DNA from: an uncultured Pseudomonadales bacterium | GTDB taxonomy: Bacteria; Pseudomonadota; Gammaproteobacteria; Pseudomonadales; UBA7434 | Reading direction: 5' to 3' | Length of the DNA stretch: 64,000 nt | Assembly: GCA_964504585.1 (NCBI GenBank) | Contig: CAZDEW010000005.1 | Span: 5,082 to 69,081 of the forward strand | Shown: piece by piece, positions 10,555-20,700 of the stretch | Layout of the letters: the number at the start of each line of letters is the position of its first letter | Position numbering within the stretch: position 1 is the stretch's first letter | Position numbers and translations under genes: made by a program | Notes under the pieces: model-generated | What the model was told of the DNA's origin: nothing | Databases searched by the model: none | Seen by the model: only the letters and a program-made list of their open reading frames with translations

Positions 10555-11265
10555 TCAGGAAAAAATCGTGGGGTTCAAGTAGTGTCTTCCACCCTTGATA
10601 TTTAACATGTAGTCGATGAGTGCGTGAAAATCTTCATCGCTCTCAGCCAGATTCATTTCACTGCAATTAACAATCAGCAGCGGGGCCTGATCGTAGTAGA
10701 GAAAAAACTCGCTATAGGCTTGATTGAGCTCTTCGATGTATTCCCTGTCAATCATTTGTTCGATCGGCACACCCCTGTGATTGATCCGTCGCATCAGCGT
10801 ATCGACAGGAGCCTGCAGATAAATCACCAGATCCGGTCGCGGCGCGTCGATTGTCATCTGCGCATAAACCTGTTGATACAGCTTGTACTCTTCTTCGCTA
10901 AGATTGACCTTGGCAAAAAGCATATCTTTGTCGATTAGAAAATCTGCCACGCGAATGGGTGAAAACAGGTCCTGCTGACGAACTTCCTGAATTTGCTGGG
11001 CACGCTGAAACAGGAAAAAAAGCTGGGTGGCTAGTGCGTTTTGCTTTCTGTTTTTGTAGAACTGGCCTAGGAAGGGGTTTTCCTCGGCTCGTTCGAGCAT
11101 CATCTCGTAGTTGAACGTTGAGGCCAGCCGTTTTGCGAGGGTTGTTTTGCCGACCCCGATTGCACCTTCTACGGTGATAAACTGAGGGACTTCACGACCC
11201 TGCAGCAGTTCGCTGAGACGATTATCGGTCGAATAGGGCGTTGTAGTCAGGTAGCTGGAATTCAT
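10555..11265 (-). CDS. Deoxynucleoside kinase family protein
   Basis: 236-aa ORF with P-loop ITVEGAIGVGKTTLAKRL and dNK-like motifs ENPFLGQFY and LVIYLQAPVDTLMRRINHRG. Its start overlaps the folK stop by 4 nt. Confidence 0.8.
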   Translation of the reverse strand: MNSSYLTTTPYSTDNRLSELLQGREVPQFITVEGAIGVGKTTLAKRLASTFNYEMMLERAEENPFLGQFYKNRKQNALATQLFFLFQRAQQIQEVRQQDLFSPIRVADFLIDKDMLFAKVNLSEEEYKLYQQVYAQMTIDAPRPDLVIYLQAPVDTLMRRINHRGVPIEQMIDREYIEELNQAYSEFFLYYDQAPLLIVNCSEMNLAESDEDFHALIDYMLNIKGGRHYLNPTIFS

Positions 11266-11753
11266 TCATTCACTGCGTTAATCGGAGTGGCGGGGCATCT
11301 TGCCACTCGCTCTGCTATCTCGCTTCCGTCCGGGAAGATAAAGCCGGGTTCCAGTTCGGCCAGCGGCACTAAAACGAAACTGCGCATATAGACGCCGGGG
11401 TGAGGAATCTCGAGCACCGGGTCCTGATGATACAGATCGCCGAACAATAATATATCTAAATCCAGCGTCCTTGAACCCCAGTGTTGGCCTCTTTGGCGGC
11501 CGTTTTCGTTTTCCAGCTGCTGCAATACCCGCAGTAGACTCCACGGTGATAGCTCAGTTGCAATCCTCGCCACCGCGTTACAATAATCGGGCTGTGCCAT
11601 GCCACCCAGCGGGGCTGACTGGTATATCGATGAGACCGCAGTAAGTTCTATTGCGTGGTGGTGGTCCATTAGTTCGACGGCGTTGTTGACTTGATAGCTC
11701 GGATCATCAAGATTGCTGCCGATGCCGATAAATACGTTTTGCTCGATGCTCAT
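11262..11753 (-). CDS. folK: 2-amino-4-hydroxy-6-hydroxymethyldihydropteridine pyrophosphokinase
   Basis: 163-aa ORF with FIGIGSNLDDP, WGSRTLDLDILLFGD and EIPHPG, which are HPPK signatures. It lies downstream of pcnB, as in E. coli and Pseudomonas. Confidence 0.93.
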   Translation of the reverse strand: MSIEQNVFIGIGSNLDDPSYQVNNAVELMDHHHAIELTAVSSIYQSAPLGGMAQPDYCNAVARIATELSPWSLLRVLQQLENENGRQRGQHWGSRTLDLDILLFGDLYHQDPVLEIPHPGVYMRSFVLVPLAELEPGFIFPDGSEIAERVARCPATPINAVNE

Positions 11754-11939
11754 ATTCGTTGGCGCCAGATTCGATCGATGCTGAAGGCCGCACAGGAAAG
11801 TGCCGGGCTACGGCTCCCAAGCCGTACAAATCTCTTGGACGAGGCTTTACGCGAGGCGGTCTCGCAAGTTACTGCTATGTTACCCGGCGCGAGATCAGCT
11901 TTGTTTTTTGTCGCAGTGGCTTGCTCGCTGAGATGAATG

Positions 11940-13325
11940 CTAGCTGGAACGATTGTTGCCACTTCTCGCGGGCTTTCCCCGATGCCTGCCACCACGATTG
12001 TTGTAGCGCCTGCTTTTGCGCTGGTCGCTATTGAGCGCCTCAGGGTGTTGTATTTGCAGTTCTGTCCAGAAGTCTGCACCTCGTTGCAGCTTCTCACCCG
12101 CCGCTTCGCGCACTAGCAGAAAGTCATAGGCTGCGCGAAATCGCGGATGAGATAGCAATGTCAATGCGCGCTTGTTGTTTGCAGTAAGCAGGCTACGTTG
12201 CAGCGACCAAATCTCTCGCATGGCGATAGAGAATCGTTTGGGGATGGTGATTGTCAGCACTTGCTCGTCTATTGCCTGAAACCCTGCCATTTGCATGGCT
12301 CGCTGAGGCGTACAGCCATCAGCAATATTCTCCTCACACAGTTGGTGTACTCGTGGCCATAACAAAGCGGCGAAAAGAAATGCGGGCGTCACGGGTTTTT
12401 GTGCCTGAACTCGACTGGCTGTGTTCTCGAGTGCTGCCAGCAGGATATCAAGGTAGCCCGGATGGGCAGTCAGTCGTGGCCCCACTTTCGGGAACAGCTC
12501 ATGAAAAAGTCCGTGATCAATGACCAACTTGAGGCATTCTACGGCCGACTCATTAAGAAGCAGTTTGTTAACTTCATCGAAAAGTCTGGCGGATGATACT
12601 TCGCGTAAGGCAGGTGCAAGTCTGCTGAGCGGCGCTAGCGTATCGCTCTCAACATTGAAGTTCAGCTTGGCGGCAAAGCGAAGAGCTCTGAGCATACGCA
12701 CCGGGTCTTCGAGGTAGCGGGTTTCCGGATCGCCGATGATTCGAATCAGGCGGTTTTCCAGATCTGCCAGGCCTCCGGCGTAGTCAATCACGCGAAATCC
12801 GTCGATGCTGTAGTAGAGTGCGTTGATCGTAAAGTCGCGCCGCAGGGCGTCTTCTTCAACGCTGCCAAAAACGTTGTCGCGCAGCAGCATGCCGGATTCG
12901 CTGGTTACCTGTGAGGTATCGAGCGGCGAGTTACTTTGCTCCGGGTCGTTCTGACCGGCCCGGAAGGTTGTCACTTCAATGACCTCTCGCCCAAACCGCA
13001 CGTGGACAATACGGAAGCGTCGACCAACGATTCTGGAGCGACGAAAAAGCGCTTTAATTTGCTCGGGCGTTGCGTTGGTCGCAACATCAAAATCTTTCGG
13101 GCTCATGCCCAACATCAAATCTCTGATGCCACCGCCGACCAGATAGGCTTCGAAGCCAGCCTTGGTCAGATCATAAATAACGTTGAGTGCGCCTTTGCTG
13201 ATATTTCGCCGGGAGATATTGTGTTCGTCACGCTGTAGAACACGCGGTTCTAATTTGCCATCCCTCGGCTGTGTGGTTTGCATCCCGGCAGTTGGTTTCA
13301 TCGGCAGTGTATTTTGATCAGGCAT
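11940..13325 (-). CDS. pcnB: Poly(A) polymerase I
   Basis: 461-aa ORF with the nucleotidyltransferase core AYLVGGGIRDLMLGMSPKDFDVAT and RDFTINALYY, and a basic C-terminal tail. Confidence 0.93.
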   Translation of the reverse strand: MPDQNTLPMKPTAGMQTTQPRDGKLEPRVLQRDEHNISRRNISKGALNVIYDLTKAGFEAYLVGGGIRDLMLGMSPKDFDVATNATPEQIKALFRRSRIVGRRFRIVHVRFGREVIEVTTFRAGQNDPEQSNSPLDTSQVTSESGMLLRDNVFGSVEEDALRRDFTINALYYSIDGFRVIDYAGGLADLENRLIRIIGDPETRYLEDPVRMLRALRFAAKLNFNVESDTLAPLSRLAPALREVSSARLFDEVNKLLLNESAVECLKLVIDHGLFHELFPKVGPRLTAHPGYLDILLAALENTASRVQAQKPVTPAFLFAALLWPRVHQLCEENIADGCTPQRAMQMAGFQAIDEQVLTITIPKRFSIAMREIWSLQRSLLTANNKRALTLLSHPRFRAAYDFLLVREAAGEKLQRGADFWTELQIQHPEALNSDQRKSRRYNNRGGRHRGKPARSGNNRSS

Positions 13326-13792
13326 GCATTGGCATGTTTGCGGAGAGAAGAGGACTTTGCCCCGTAATCAGTTCATCGTCTGCCACTGCGAATAAGAGAT
13401 GCTGCAAAGCACTAGCAGGGCGAATTGATTGTAGCGGTTGTCGTGCGGAAAGACGATGCCTTAAGTGTCTGAGCTGTCAGTAAAATTCCCGGCTGCCGCT
13501 GGTAAAGCGAACTGTTTGCTGTGATCTGGAATTCTCTCAGCCCTCCACGAGCCATCAGGCTGCTGGGAAGGGTCTACGGACTGAAAGGCTGACTCGTAGA
13601 TAGCGCTGCCCAGGCTTGGTGCCCGCTGATGTTGCCTCGCACCCAGTGGCGAGCCCACTGATGCGACTTCCGGGGTACCGGCAGTGCTTAGCGATAAGTG
13701 GGTTTCACAGGTGAACTTCAAGAGCCGCAGTAAACGCCAACGATCCGCTGGTGGAGGATTAGTAGGGGGCGCCAAATCAGTCTGGAGACAGG

Positions 13793-13854
13793 CAGGTCAG
13801 GAAAGAGCTGGGTCTTGAGAGAACTGGGTCTGGAAAAAGTGGGTTTGGAAAGAA
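13793..13854. repeat. Four imperfect tandem repeats of 15-16 nt (plus-strand consensus CTGGGTCTGGAAAGAR)
   Basis: Read directly: CAGGTCAGGAAAGAG / CTGGGTCTTGAGAGAA / CTGGGTCTGGAAAAAG / TGGGTTTGGAAAGAA, head to tail. They sit in the non-coding gap between the putative sRNA and pcnB. Confidence 0.6.
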
Positions 13855-13954
13855 CGAGTGCCGAGAAGGAAATTTCCCGGTCAGGGGGTGCTAGCGCATT
13901 TGCGGCATTGGGCGCCCAGAGAATACAGTGGCATTTCCTAAGACATTTTCTAAA

Positions 13955-14070
13955 CGCCAGAAATGACGATGGGGAGCAAGCTCCCCATCTAGGTCTTCAT
14001 CTCTAGTTATTCGTTGTTCTCGCTAGCTTCTGTTATTTTAATTGGTGAAGCTTCAGTATTATTTTTATTT
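13955..14070 (-). ncRNA. Putative sigma-54-dependent A-rich small RNA (CrcZ-like by position and motif content)
   Basis: The minus-strand sequence downstream of the -24/-12 promoter carries three A-rich blocks: AAATAAAAATAATA, AAAATAACAGAAGC and GAACAACGAATAAC. It ends in a hairpin GATGGGGAG-CTTG-CTCCCCATC (plus-strand coordinates 13968-13989) followed by GTCATTTCT. No ORF is present. The position between the sigma-54 activator and pcnB mirrors crcZ in Pseudomonas. The 5' and 3' ends are estimates. Confidence 0.5.
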
Positions 14071-14080
14071 GCCTTCTAGA

Positions 14081-14097
14081 TTGCAGAGCTTGTGCCA
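14081..14097 (-). promoter_or_regulatory. Sigma-54 (RpoN) -24/-12 promoter
   Basis: The minus strand reads TGGCACAAGCTCTGCAA. GG and GC have exactly the spacing of the consensus TGGCAC-N5-TTGCW, with 5/6 + 4/5 matches. The site is in an intergenic region immediately downstream of a sigma-54 activator gene. Confidence 0.65.
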
Positions 14098-14170
14098 AGA
14101 AAAAATAATATATAAAAAACAGTAACTTATAAAATTTTAGGTTCCTTTTCTGCGATAAAGCGGACTTTGG

Positions 14171-14228
14171 TGTTACCGATTCTCCGGTTTTTTGTTACTC
14201 CGAAGTAATAATCAAAAGTGAGTGTTAC
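14171..14228. promoter_or_regulatory. Putative enhancer (UAS): three TGTTAC hexamers upstream of the sigma-54 promoter
   Basis: TGTTAC occurs at 14171-14176, 14193-14198 and 14223-14228 (GTAACA on the promoter strand). There is also an imperfect inverted pair, TATTAC-N6-GTAACA. The sites lie about 75-135 bp upstream of the -24 element and are separated from it by a very AT-rich tract (14100-14150). As I recall, TGTTAC/GTAACA is the half-site reported for Pseudomonas CbrB. Confidence 0.45.
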
Positions 14229-14263
14229 GATTGGGAATCCGTGGTGTCAGGCGCGTTGCCGGG

Positions 14264-15763
14264 CTAGCCCTTGGCCGGTCGTATCACGCTCCTTTCCTTG
14301 CTTTTTTCGCGCGGTATTCCGAAGCGCTGGCGCCGCTCCCAAAGACATTTTCGACTGATGCCCAGCTTTTTGGCCAGTTCGGTCTCGTTCATATGAGCCT
14401 GATTTTCGATGACGAATTGCTGGAAATATTCTTCCAGCGAAACCCCGGCTTTGGGCTCCTCGAGTTTTACACCCCGATCATGGCGATGCATGGAATTGAT
14501 GACGTCATCTGCATCCTGATCCAGTTTGACCGCGGGGTGGGTTGCGCGCAGATTTCGCGAGGAGGCGAGCTCCTCACCGAGATCGATCTCCAGTGACACG
14601 CTGTCAATCGCGACACCGTTGGCCATAATCGCAGCGCGCTCGATCGTATTTTCCAGCTCTCGCACATTCCCTTCCCAGGGGTGCCGACTGATTGCTTCGA
14701 CTGCATCGGTGGTGAGGTACAGTCCCGGCTTTTCGTGCTTGAGGGCAGCCTTTTCAAGCAAGTGGTTGGCGATCAGGAATATATCGTTGCCGCGTTCACG
14801 CAGTAGCGGCAAGAAGATGCGAAAGACGTTGATCCGGTAATACAGGTCAGGTCTAAACTCACCGGTTTTACTTTGCGCCTGTAAATCACGGTGTGTCGCC
14901 GCTATCAGTCGCACGTCAACCTTCCGCGACTTATTGCTACCCACCGAGCGGACTTCGCTTTCCTGAATAAACCTGAGTAGTCTTGCCTGGGCTTCAGCCG
15001 GCAGTTCGCCGATTTCATCGAGAAAAAGCGTGCCACCTTCGGCTTCTTCTATAAGGCCAATGCGCTTGCCAGCGGCGCCTGTAAATGCGCCCTTTTCATG
15101 ACCGAAAAGCTCGGATTCAATGAGCGTTTCCGGAATCGCGGCGCAGTTGACCGCAACAAAGGGTTTGTTGGCGCGATCGCTTTGCTCATGAATCGCCTTG
15201 GCAATAAGTTCCTTGCCGGTGCCGGTTTCGCCGCGAATAAGCACTGTCGAACGCGTTGGTCCAACCTTGTAAATACGCTGGTAAACCTCCTGCATGGCCT
15301 CGCATTCGCCGATGAGTCCATCGGGCGCCCTCACAATGTCGATTGTTTCGGATTTCGCTGCTGTTGCTGAAGCTTGAGTTTGGCGCTTGAGGCTGGGGAA
15401 CCTGACTTTGGATGTATCGTTGATCGACCGCTTGAGAAAACCGCAGAGTGAGTCGATCGATGCAAAACAGCCCAGGGCGCCGGCGTGCCCATAGTCGCAG
15501 GCTTCATTGAGCGAGAGCTGATCGGACCAGATAATCCAGGGCAGGCCGGAGAGCGTGAGTTTGGCCACGTCTGCCGCTGCCAGCTCGCCATGGCAAAGCA
15601 AAATGGTTGTGGCTGTTGCCGATTCTGACTTATCGGGGCGAGACGCCTCGATGGCCAGATCCAGATCCGGCAAGTACTCCCCATCGATCTTGATGGCGTG
15701 GAGCTGCTTGGTGAGTGCTTTGGCTTGATCGGCCGAAGTGTGCGAGATAACTGCTCTGATCAT
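14264..15763 (-). CDS. Sigma-54-dependent transcriptional activator (bEBP) in the CbrB position, with a degenerate receiver-like N-terminal domain
   Basis: The AAA+ core has [15 protein letters not shown], the GAFTGA loop ([15 protein letters not shown]) and [13 protein letters not shown]-terminal HTH is present ([24 protein letters not shown]). The ORF opens at 15796, but MIRAVISH at 15763 is the more plausible start. The N-terminal ~120 aa lack the DD pair and the phospho-acceptor Asp. Confidence 0.9.
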   Translation of the reverse strand: MIRAVISHTSADQAKALTKQLHAIKIDGEYLPDLDLAIEASRPDKSESATATTILLCHGELAAADVAKLTLSGLPWIIWSDQLSLNEACDYGHAGALGCFASIDSLCGFLKRSINDTSKVRFPSLKRQTQASATAAKSETIDIVRAPDGLIGECEAMQEVYQRIYKVGPTRSTVLIRGETGTGKELIAKAIHEQSDRANKPFVAVNCAAIPETLIESELFGHEKGAFTGAAGKRIGLIEEAEGGTLFLDEIGELPAEAQARLLRFIQESEVRSVGSNKSRKVDVRLIAATHRDLQAQSKTGEFRPDLYYRINVFRIFLPLLRERGNDIFLIANHLLEKAALKHEKPGLYLTTDAVEAISRHPWEGNVRELENTIERAAIMANGVAIDSVSLEIDLGEELASSRNLRATHPAVKLDQDADDVINSMHRHDRGVKLEEPKAGVSLEEYFQQFVIENQAHMNETELAKKLGISRKCLWERRQRFGIPREKSKERSVIRPAKG

Positions 15764-15854
15764 AGGATTGGTTGCTCGACCTGGCGGCCGCCGCAACGGT
15801 TTTCAAATGTAAACAAAATCTGCTTTGTAACCGCTAGTATAGAAAAGTTTTACC

Positions 15855-16772
15855 TTAGGTAACAGTATCAAGCGCTATCTCGGTCGATTTGGGGATGAGA
15901 TTCACGTCCCAGTCTTGAACCGCATGCTGTAACAGTTGTTCGCAATCCATTTCTTCGCCGTGCTCCGGGATTGGCTGGCCCAGTTGTTCGAGTGCAGCCA
16001 GCAGATTGCGAACTTCGCGCCCAGGGGTCGGGTCGTCGAGCAGGTTGCTGGCGCCGGTTTGCTTGCTTAGCTTGTGCCCCTGTTGGGTGAGAATCGGCGT
16101 GTGCAGGTAGCTGGGCGAGTCGAACCCGCAGGCCTGCTGCAGGGCCCGTTGCCAGGGGGTACTGTCGATGATGTCATAACCCCTGACCACATCGGTGATT
16201 CCCTGATCGTAGTCGTCTACCACCACTGCGAGTTGATAAGCGACCAGTCCATCCCGGCGCCTCACCACAAAGTCACCAAGACGCGCGAAATCAAAGCTGA
16301 CCGCACCCTGCACGCGATCGATGATCGAAATCGTTCCCAGGCCATCGGTGTTGAATCGCAGCGAGAAGTCTGGCTCCTCTGCAGAGGCATGCTCCGGTTT
16401 CGCGCGCCTGCTGCGACAGGTTCCGGCATATACCCCGCCTTGCGCGATAACCTGCTTGCGGGTGCAACTGCAGGTGAAGAGCTTATCTCGCTCTATCAGG
16501 CGCTCGAGCACATCCCGATAACGCTCTGTCCGCATGGACTGGTGGTCAGTTTCTTCATCCCAGAGCAGGCCGTGAGCCTCAAGCGCCCGTTTGATCTGGT
16601 TTTCAGATTCAGGCACAACCCTGAGCTGATCAACGTCTTCTATGCGCAGCAACCATCGTCCGGACTGCGATCGTGCATCCAGATAGGATGCGAGGGCTGC
16701 GAGGAGTGAGCCCGCATGCAGGGGCCCTGTCGGTGATGGCGCAAAACGTCCACGGTAGTTGGAGGCGGGCAT
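15855..16772 (-). CDS. gluQ: Glutamyl-Q tRNA(Asp) synthetase
   Basis: 305-aa truncated GluRS paralog with YRGRFAPSPTGPLHAGSLLAALASYLDAR, LLRIEDVD and HKLSKQ (a KMSKS-like motif). It is adjacent to dksA, as in E. coli and Pseudomonas. Confidence 0.9.
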   Translation of the reverse strand: MPASNYRGRFAPSPTGPLHAGSLLAALASYLDARSQSGRWLLRIEDVDQLRVVPESENQIKRALEAHGLLWDEETDHQSMRTERYRDVLERLIERDKLFTCSCTRKQVIAQGGVYAGTCRSRRAKPEHASAEEPDFSLRFNTDGLGTISIIDRVQGAVSFDFARLGDFVVRRRDGLVAYQLAVVVDDYDQGITDVVRGYDIIDSTPWQRALQQACGFDSPSYLHTPILTQQGHKLSKQTGASNLLDDPTPGREVRNLLAALEQLGQPIPEHGEEMDCEQLLQHAVQDWDVNLIPKSTEIALDTVT

Positions 16773-16944
16773 AATTTGGTGTTGGACTTAGCAGGCTAAG
16801 GGCACTGCTGCTGGCGCAATGCTGTCGTGCTGCAGGGTATGGATGGAGAATATTGAGGGTATGGAGGATATGTAAGATGGCGCACCGGCCCCGCAGCACA
16901 TTGGCCGGCTGAAGGGCACTTTGGATGTCGCTGTGATGAGGGGT

Positions 16945-17415
16945 TTAGCCCAATTGGAGCTTCTCTTTGATTTCATCGAGCGTTTTACAGTCGATGCAAA
17001 GTTCTGCGGTCGGACGCGCCTCGAGGCGCTTCACCCCGATTTCGACACCGCAGGCATCACAGAAGCCGTAGTCGTCGGCGTCGATGCGGTCAATCGTGCT
17101 TTCGATTTTGCGGATCAGTTTGCGCTCTCGGTCGCGAGCCCGCAGTTCCAGGCTGAACTCCTCTTCCTGGGTGGCTCGATCAGCAGGATCCGGGAAATTG
17201 GCTGCCTCATCTTTCATGTGGCTCACGGTACGATCGACTTCCTCCATCAGCTGGTTTTTCCACTGTGTCAGGATGTTTTTGAAATGCTCCCGCTGCGCTT
17301 CGTTCATGTACTCTTCGCCTTTTTTGACCTGGTAAGGCTCGAAATGCTGGAATCCGCCGGCTGCACTCTGGCTCGCTGGCGCGCTTTTTTTGCGGGCATT
17401 AGCTTTGGCTGGCAT
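16945..17415 (-). CDS. dksA: RNA polymerase-binding transcription factor DksA
   Basis: 156-aa ORF with a coiled-coil region carrying a DxxDxA-type tip ([12 protein letters not shown]) and a C4 zinc finger, [25 protein letters not shown]. Confidence 0.95.
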   Translation of the reverse strand: MPAKANARKKSAPASQSAAGGFQHFEPYQVKKGEEYMNEAQREHFKNILTQWKNQLMEEVDRTVSHMKDEAANFPDPADRATQEEEFSLELRARDRERKLIRKIESTIDRIDADDYGFCDACGVEIGVKRLEARPTAELCIDCKTLDEIKEKLQLG

Positions 17416-17728
17416 GTCAATTGATCCTCTACGTCTCTGCGAAGGTATTGCCGCTCAGATTCGTTTAGTTTGCTAAAAGCTGCATGAATCGGAGCGGCGA
17501 CTGTTGTGCTGCTAAATACGCCATAAGGGACAGGACATTTAATGACCACCCTTACCGTTATGGGCGGGGGAATTTAGCAGAAAAGCGTTGTGCAATCTAG
17601 ACCAAAATGCGGCAAAGTGGACCTGAGTAAATTGGCGTAAAATGCGGTCAAAACGATTTGATAACTAGCGCTCTTTACCCGCATTATCCGGCCCGCAAAG
17701 GTCAAGTCTTGTCCATCAGGAGTTTAGT

Positions 17729-20700
17729 TTGATTCAACACGCATTAGCGGCGGCCATCCGGCGCGCGAACCGGTCGCTTGCTGCGCTGCCGGTTGCCAAA
17801 TCGACGCTAGCAGTCGCGGTTGCTGCGGGCGGACTCGTTGCCTGTAGTTCCGATAGCTCCAATTCGTCTTCGTTTACTTTCGTACCCAACCCCGTGGTAA
17901 TCGGTGCGCCGACAGCCGCCGGTTTCGGGACCTTTTCCGACAGCTACCAGATCAATGGCCTGGTCAATGCTGGAAGTGCCGACGAGCTGGTCTCGCAGAT
18001 CGCGATCACTGCTAGCGTTGCCCAGGTCGATGCCAGCGGGAATTTGCTGCTTGATGCATCGGGCAATACCGATAATCTCAGTGCTATCGTCGGCGCACCG
18101 CAGGTTGTCGCGGATCCGCCTCTGGGTGATCAGACGGGCGGCTTTTACTGGCAGGCCGATATCTCGGTGCTTTCGACCGGCACCAATCTGATGGAATACA
18201 CGGCGACCTACCCGGACAATCCTGATGCGCTCTCGGCTGATCTTGGTGGGGTGATCCGGGGTAATAGCTGGATGCGAGAGCTGGCAATCCAGTATGACCC
18301 AGCCGATCCCGGCGGCAACTCATATCTTTTGTTGGATCAGCTCGATACAGGTGCCGGCACCGGTATCCTGAGAGTTGACGCCACCGATGGAACGAAAGAG
18401 CGAATCGATTTGGATCAAACCGGGCTGAGCGATGGCGACCTCGATCGTCCCGTGGATTTTCTGCTTGATGACACCACAGCTTACATTCTCGACGGCGATA
18501 CTCCGCGATTAATACAGGTTGCCGACATCACTGCCGGCACTCCGGTGCTTTCGGACGTTACGGACTGCGGTGAAGTTACCGACGAGCTCGCGCTGGTTGA
18601 CCCGGTTGCGTTTGCTTACAATCCGGCGGCTGTCGGCAGCGAGCCTAGGTTCTTTGTGGCGGATCGGGGCAGCAAGGAAATTATTCTGATTGACGCTGAT
18701 GACAACTGTACCGTCCTGCCGACCTTGCGTGCGACAGAGTTCGATGATCCCTTAAGCGATGATGTAGAGGATACGCTGCTGGTATCGGATGCCAAGGCCA
18801 TATTGCCCTACGACATCGCTTACCACGCAGCCACTGAAACCTTGTTTGTCACTGGCGGCTGGCTGCTCAGCACCAGCATTGCAGTCGAAGAGACACTGGT
18901 GGATGCGAGTGGAAACCCTATCCTGGACGCCAGCGGCAATGAGCAAACCGTCGAGGTTGCCCGCGAGACCAGTCAGCCGTCGAACAATTTTGGCGTCCCC
19001 AGCATTCTTTATAAAATTGAGCTCGGGGAAGAGCTGGATGCCTCGGGCAATCCCACGAATCTCGATCGGCTGCACAGACAGCAGGTGAACTACGTATCCG
19101 AAACCGGGCCCAGCGAAGAGGGCGGCTCTGACGACACCGTGTTCAGGGTCAATCAGCCCGGCTCATTGCTGATCGACGGTGATCGGCTATTTATCGTGGA
19201 TCGCTTTGCTGGCATCAATCAAAACTCTGAGGCACTGGCGGGTGTGTTAGTGGCCGATGTCAGCGATGGCAGGCCGCGTCCGACCGATATGGACGCGACG
19301 CCGATGCAACAGCCCGAAGACTATGTCTTTACGCCCGTTAGCGGTTTTTACACCGGCCAGAATATTGGTTCGCTAGATTTGGGGAATCCCTCGAATCGAG
19401 ATTTTAAGCAGTTACTGGGCGTTGAGAGTTTTGCTATTCGCAGCGATCAGAATCAGCTTGTCACCTACAGTTCGGCGCTCGGCTCCTATCTAACTATTGA
19501 GCTTGCGCCTCCAGCAGTGGGTAGTGGCTGTATTGGCTTCGTTGGAACCGGTGCAGACCCCGACAACGCCAATCGTATTCAGTGTGATTTTGATGGTACG
19601 CGCAATCTGGTTCCCGGGGGCGCCTCGGTCGCGCGTATTATCGATGACGATGGTACTGACGAAATAGAGTTCACCCGCACCGGCAGAGCTAATTTCGATC
19701 CGCGCATTCTTACCTCGCTTGTGAACGATGGTGCTGACACCCTGGCCTTTGACCGCCTGACCGGGGAGTTCTCGCTCAATCTCGGCGTTTTGGGCACGCT
19801 ATTCGCGAGCGAGGACAATGGACTACCGAGTGACGATAACAGCGGTTTGCTGTTCAGTGATGCCCGTGCGCTGGTCAGTGACGGCGTGTCAATCTACGCG
19901 GTAGCATCATTTTATGACGCGGAAGAGAGCTGCGTTCCGTCTGCGAGCGCCGCCTGTATTCCGGAGCAGTCCTCGCAGCTCATTGAGTTTTCCATCGGCG
20001 ATCGCACGCGCAGCATCGTCGAACCCGATGCGGTTGGCTCAGCAATTGAGTTTATGGAGCCCGTTGCCTCAGAGGTAGTCTTGCCCAGGGTCTGGACCCC
20101 GGATATTGGCGATCTGGTGGGCGACGATCTGGATAATCGCCTCGCCGAGATATCCTTTGGCATTGACCTTTACACCGCTGATTCTTCGTTTGCAGGTTCG
20201 GGAACAATCATCAAGACCGAACTCGATCAGTTCGAACTGGATCTAGCAGCGGATCCGGCTGAGGTCGTCGACAATGAGACGCGTGGTACGCGGACGCTGC
20301 TGGCGAGCAACTGCCCTGCGCCCAATCTTGGCGCCGTCACAGCGATGGCCCGGGTTCGGTTCTCCAGTAGTGACATCAACGATGACGGTAACTTAACGAC
20401 TCAGGGAACCGGAGATTTTGACGAGAGCGATGGCAATGTATTCGAGACCTTGAGTGCACTGTTGCTAGCAACAGATAACAACGAACTTTTAGCGGTTGAT
20501 CTCTTGCTCGGTGACTGCGTTCAGATAGCTAGCTTCCCATCACCCGTCAACAGCCTGCAAATTACTGAGCAGCAAACTGAGCGTGATGACACCGATGGCA
20601 GTGATCAAGGGGGGGTGCTGCGCCGTGCTTTCAGAGTGGTCGCGATGAGCCCTGATGATCATACCTTGTTTGAATTGCAGTGTGAGGAGAATGACCCGCG

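Noticed and set aside
13461-13775. A 104-aa minus-strand ORF (TTG start) in the gap between the sigma-54 activator and pcnB.
   Set aside because: It has a non-ATG start without an RBS. The composition is Pro/Ser/Ala/Gly-rich with no hydrophobic core pattern, and I recognise no family. The region looks non-coding, and I treat it as part of an unexplained leader (see findings).
16074-16709. A 211-aa plus-strand ORF.
   Set aside because: It is fully antisense to the well-supported gluQ gene and has no motifs. It is a shadow ORF.
20609-20615. G7 homopolymer tracts inside coding sequences. One is here in the lipoprotein gene and another is at 40977-40983 in wecC. They are possible slipped-strand phase-variation sites.
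   Set aside because: Seven residues is short for efficient slippage. Both tracts encode in-frame Gly-Gly in otherwise intact ORFs. A single sequence gives no evidence of variability.
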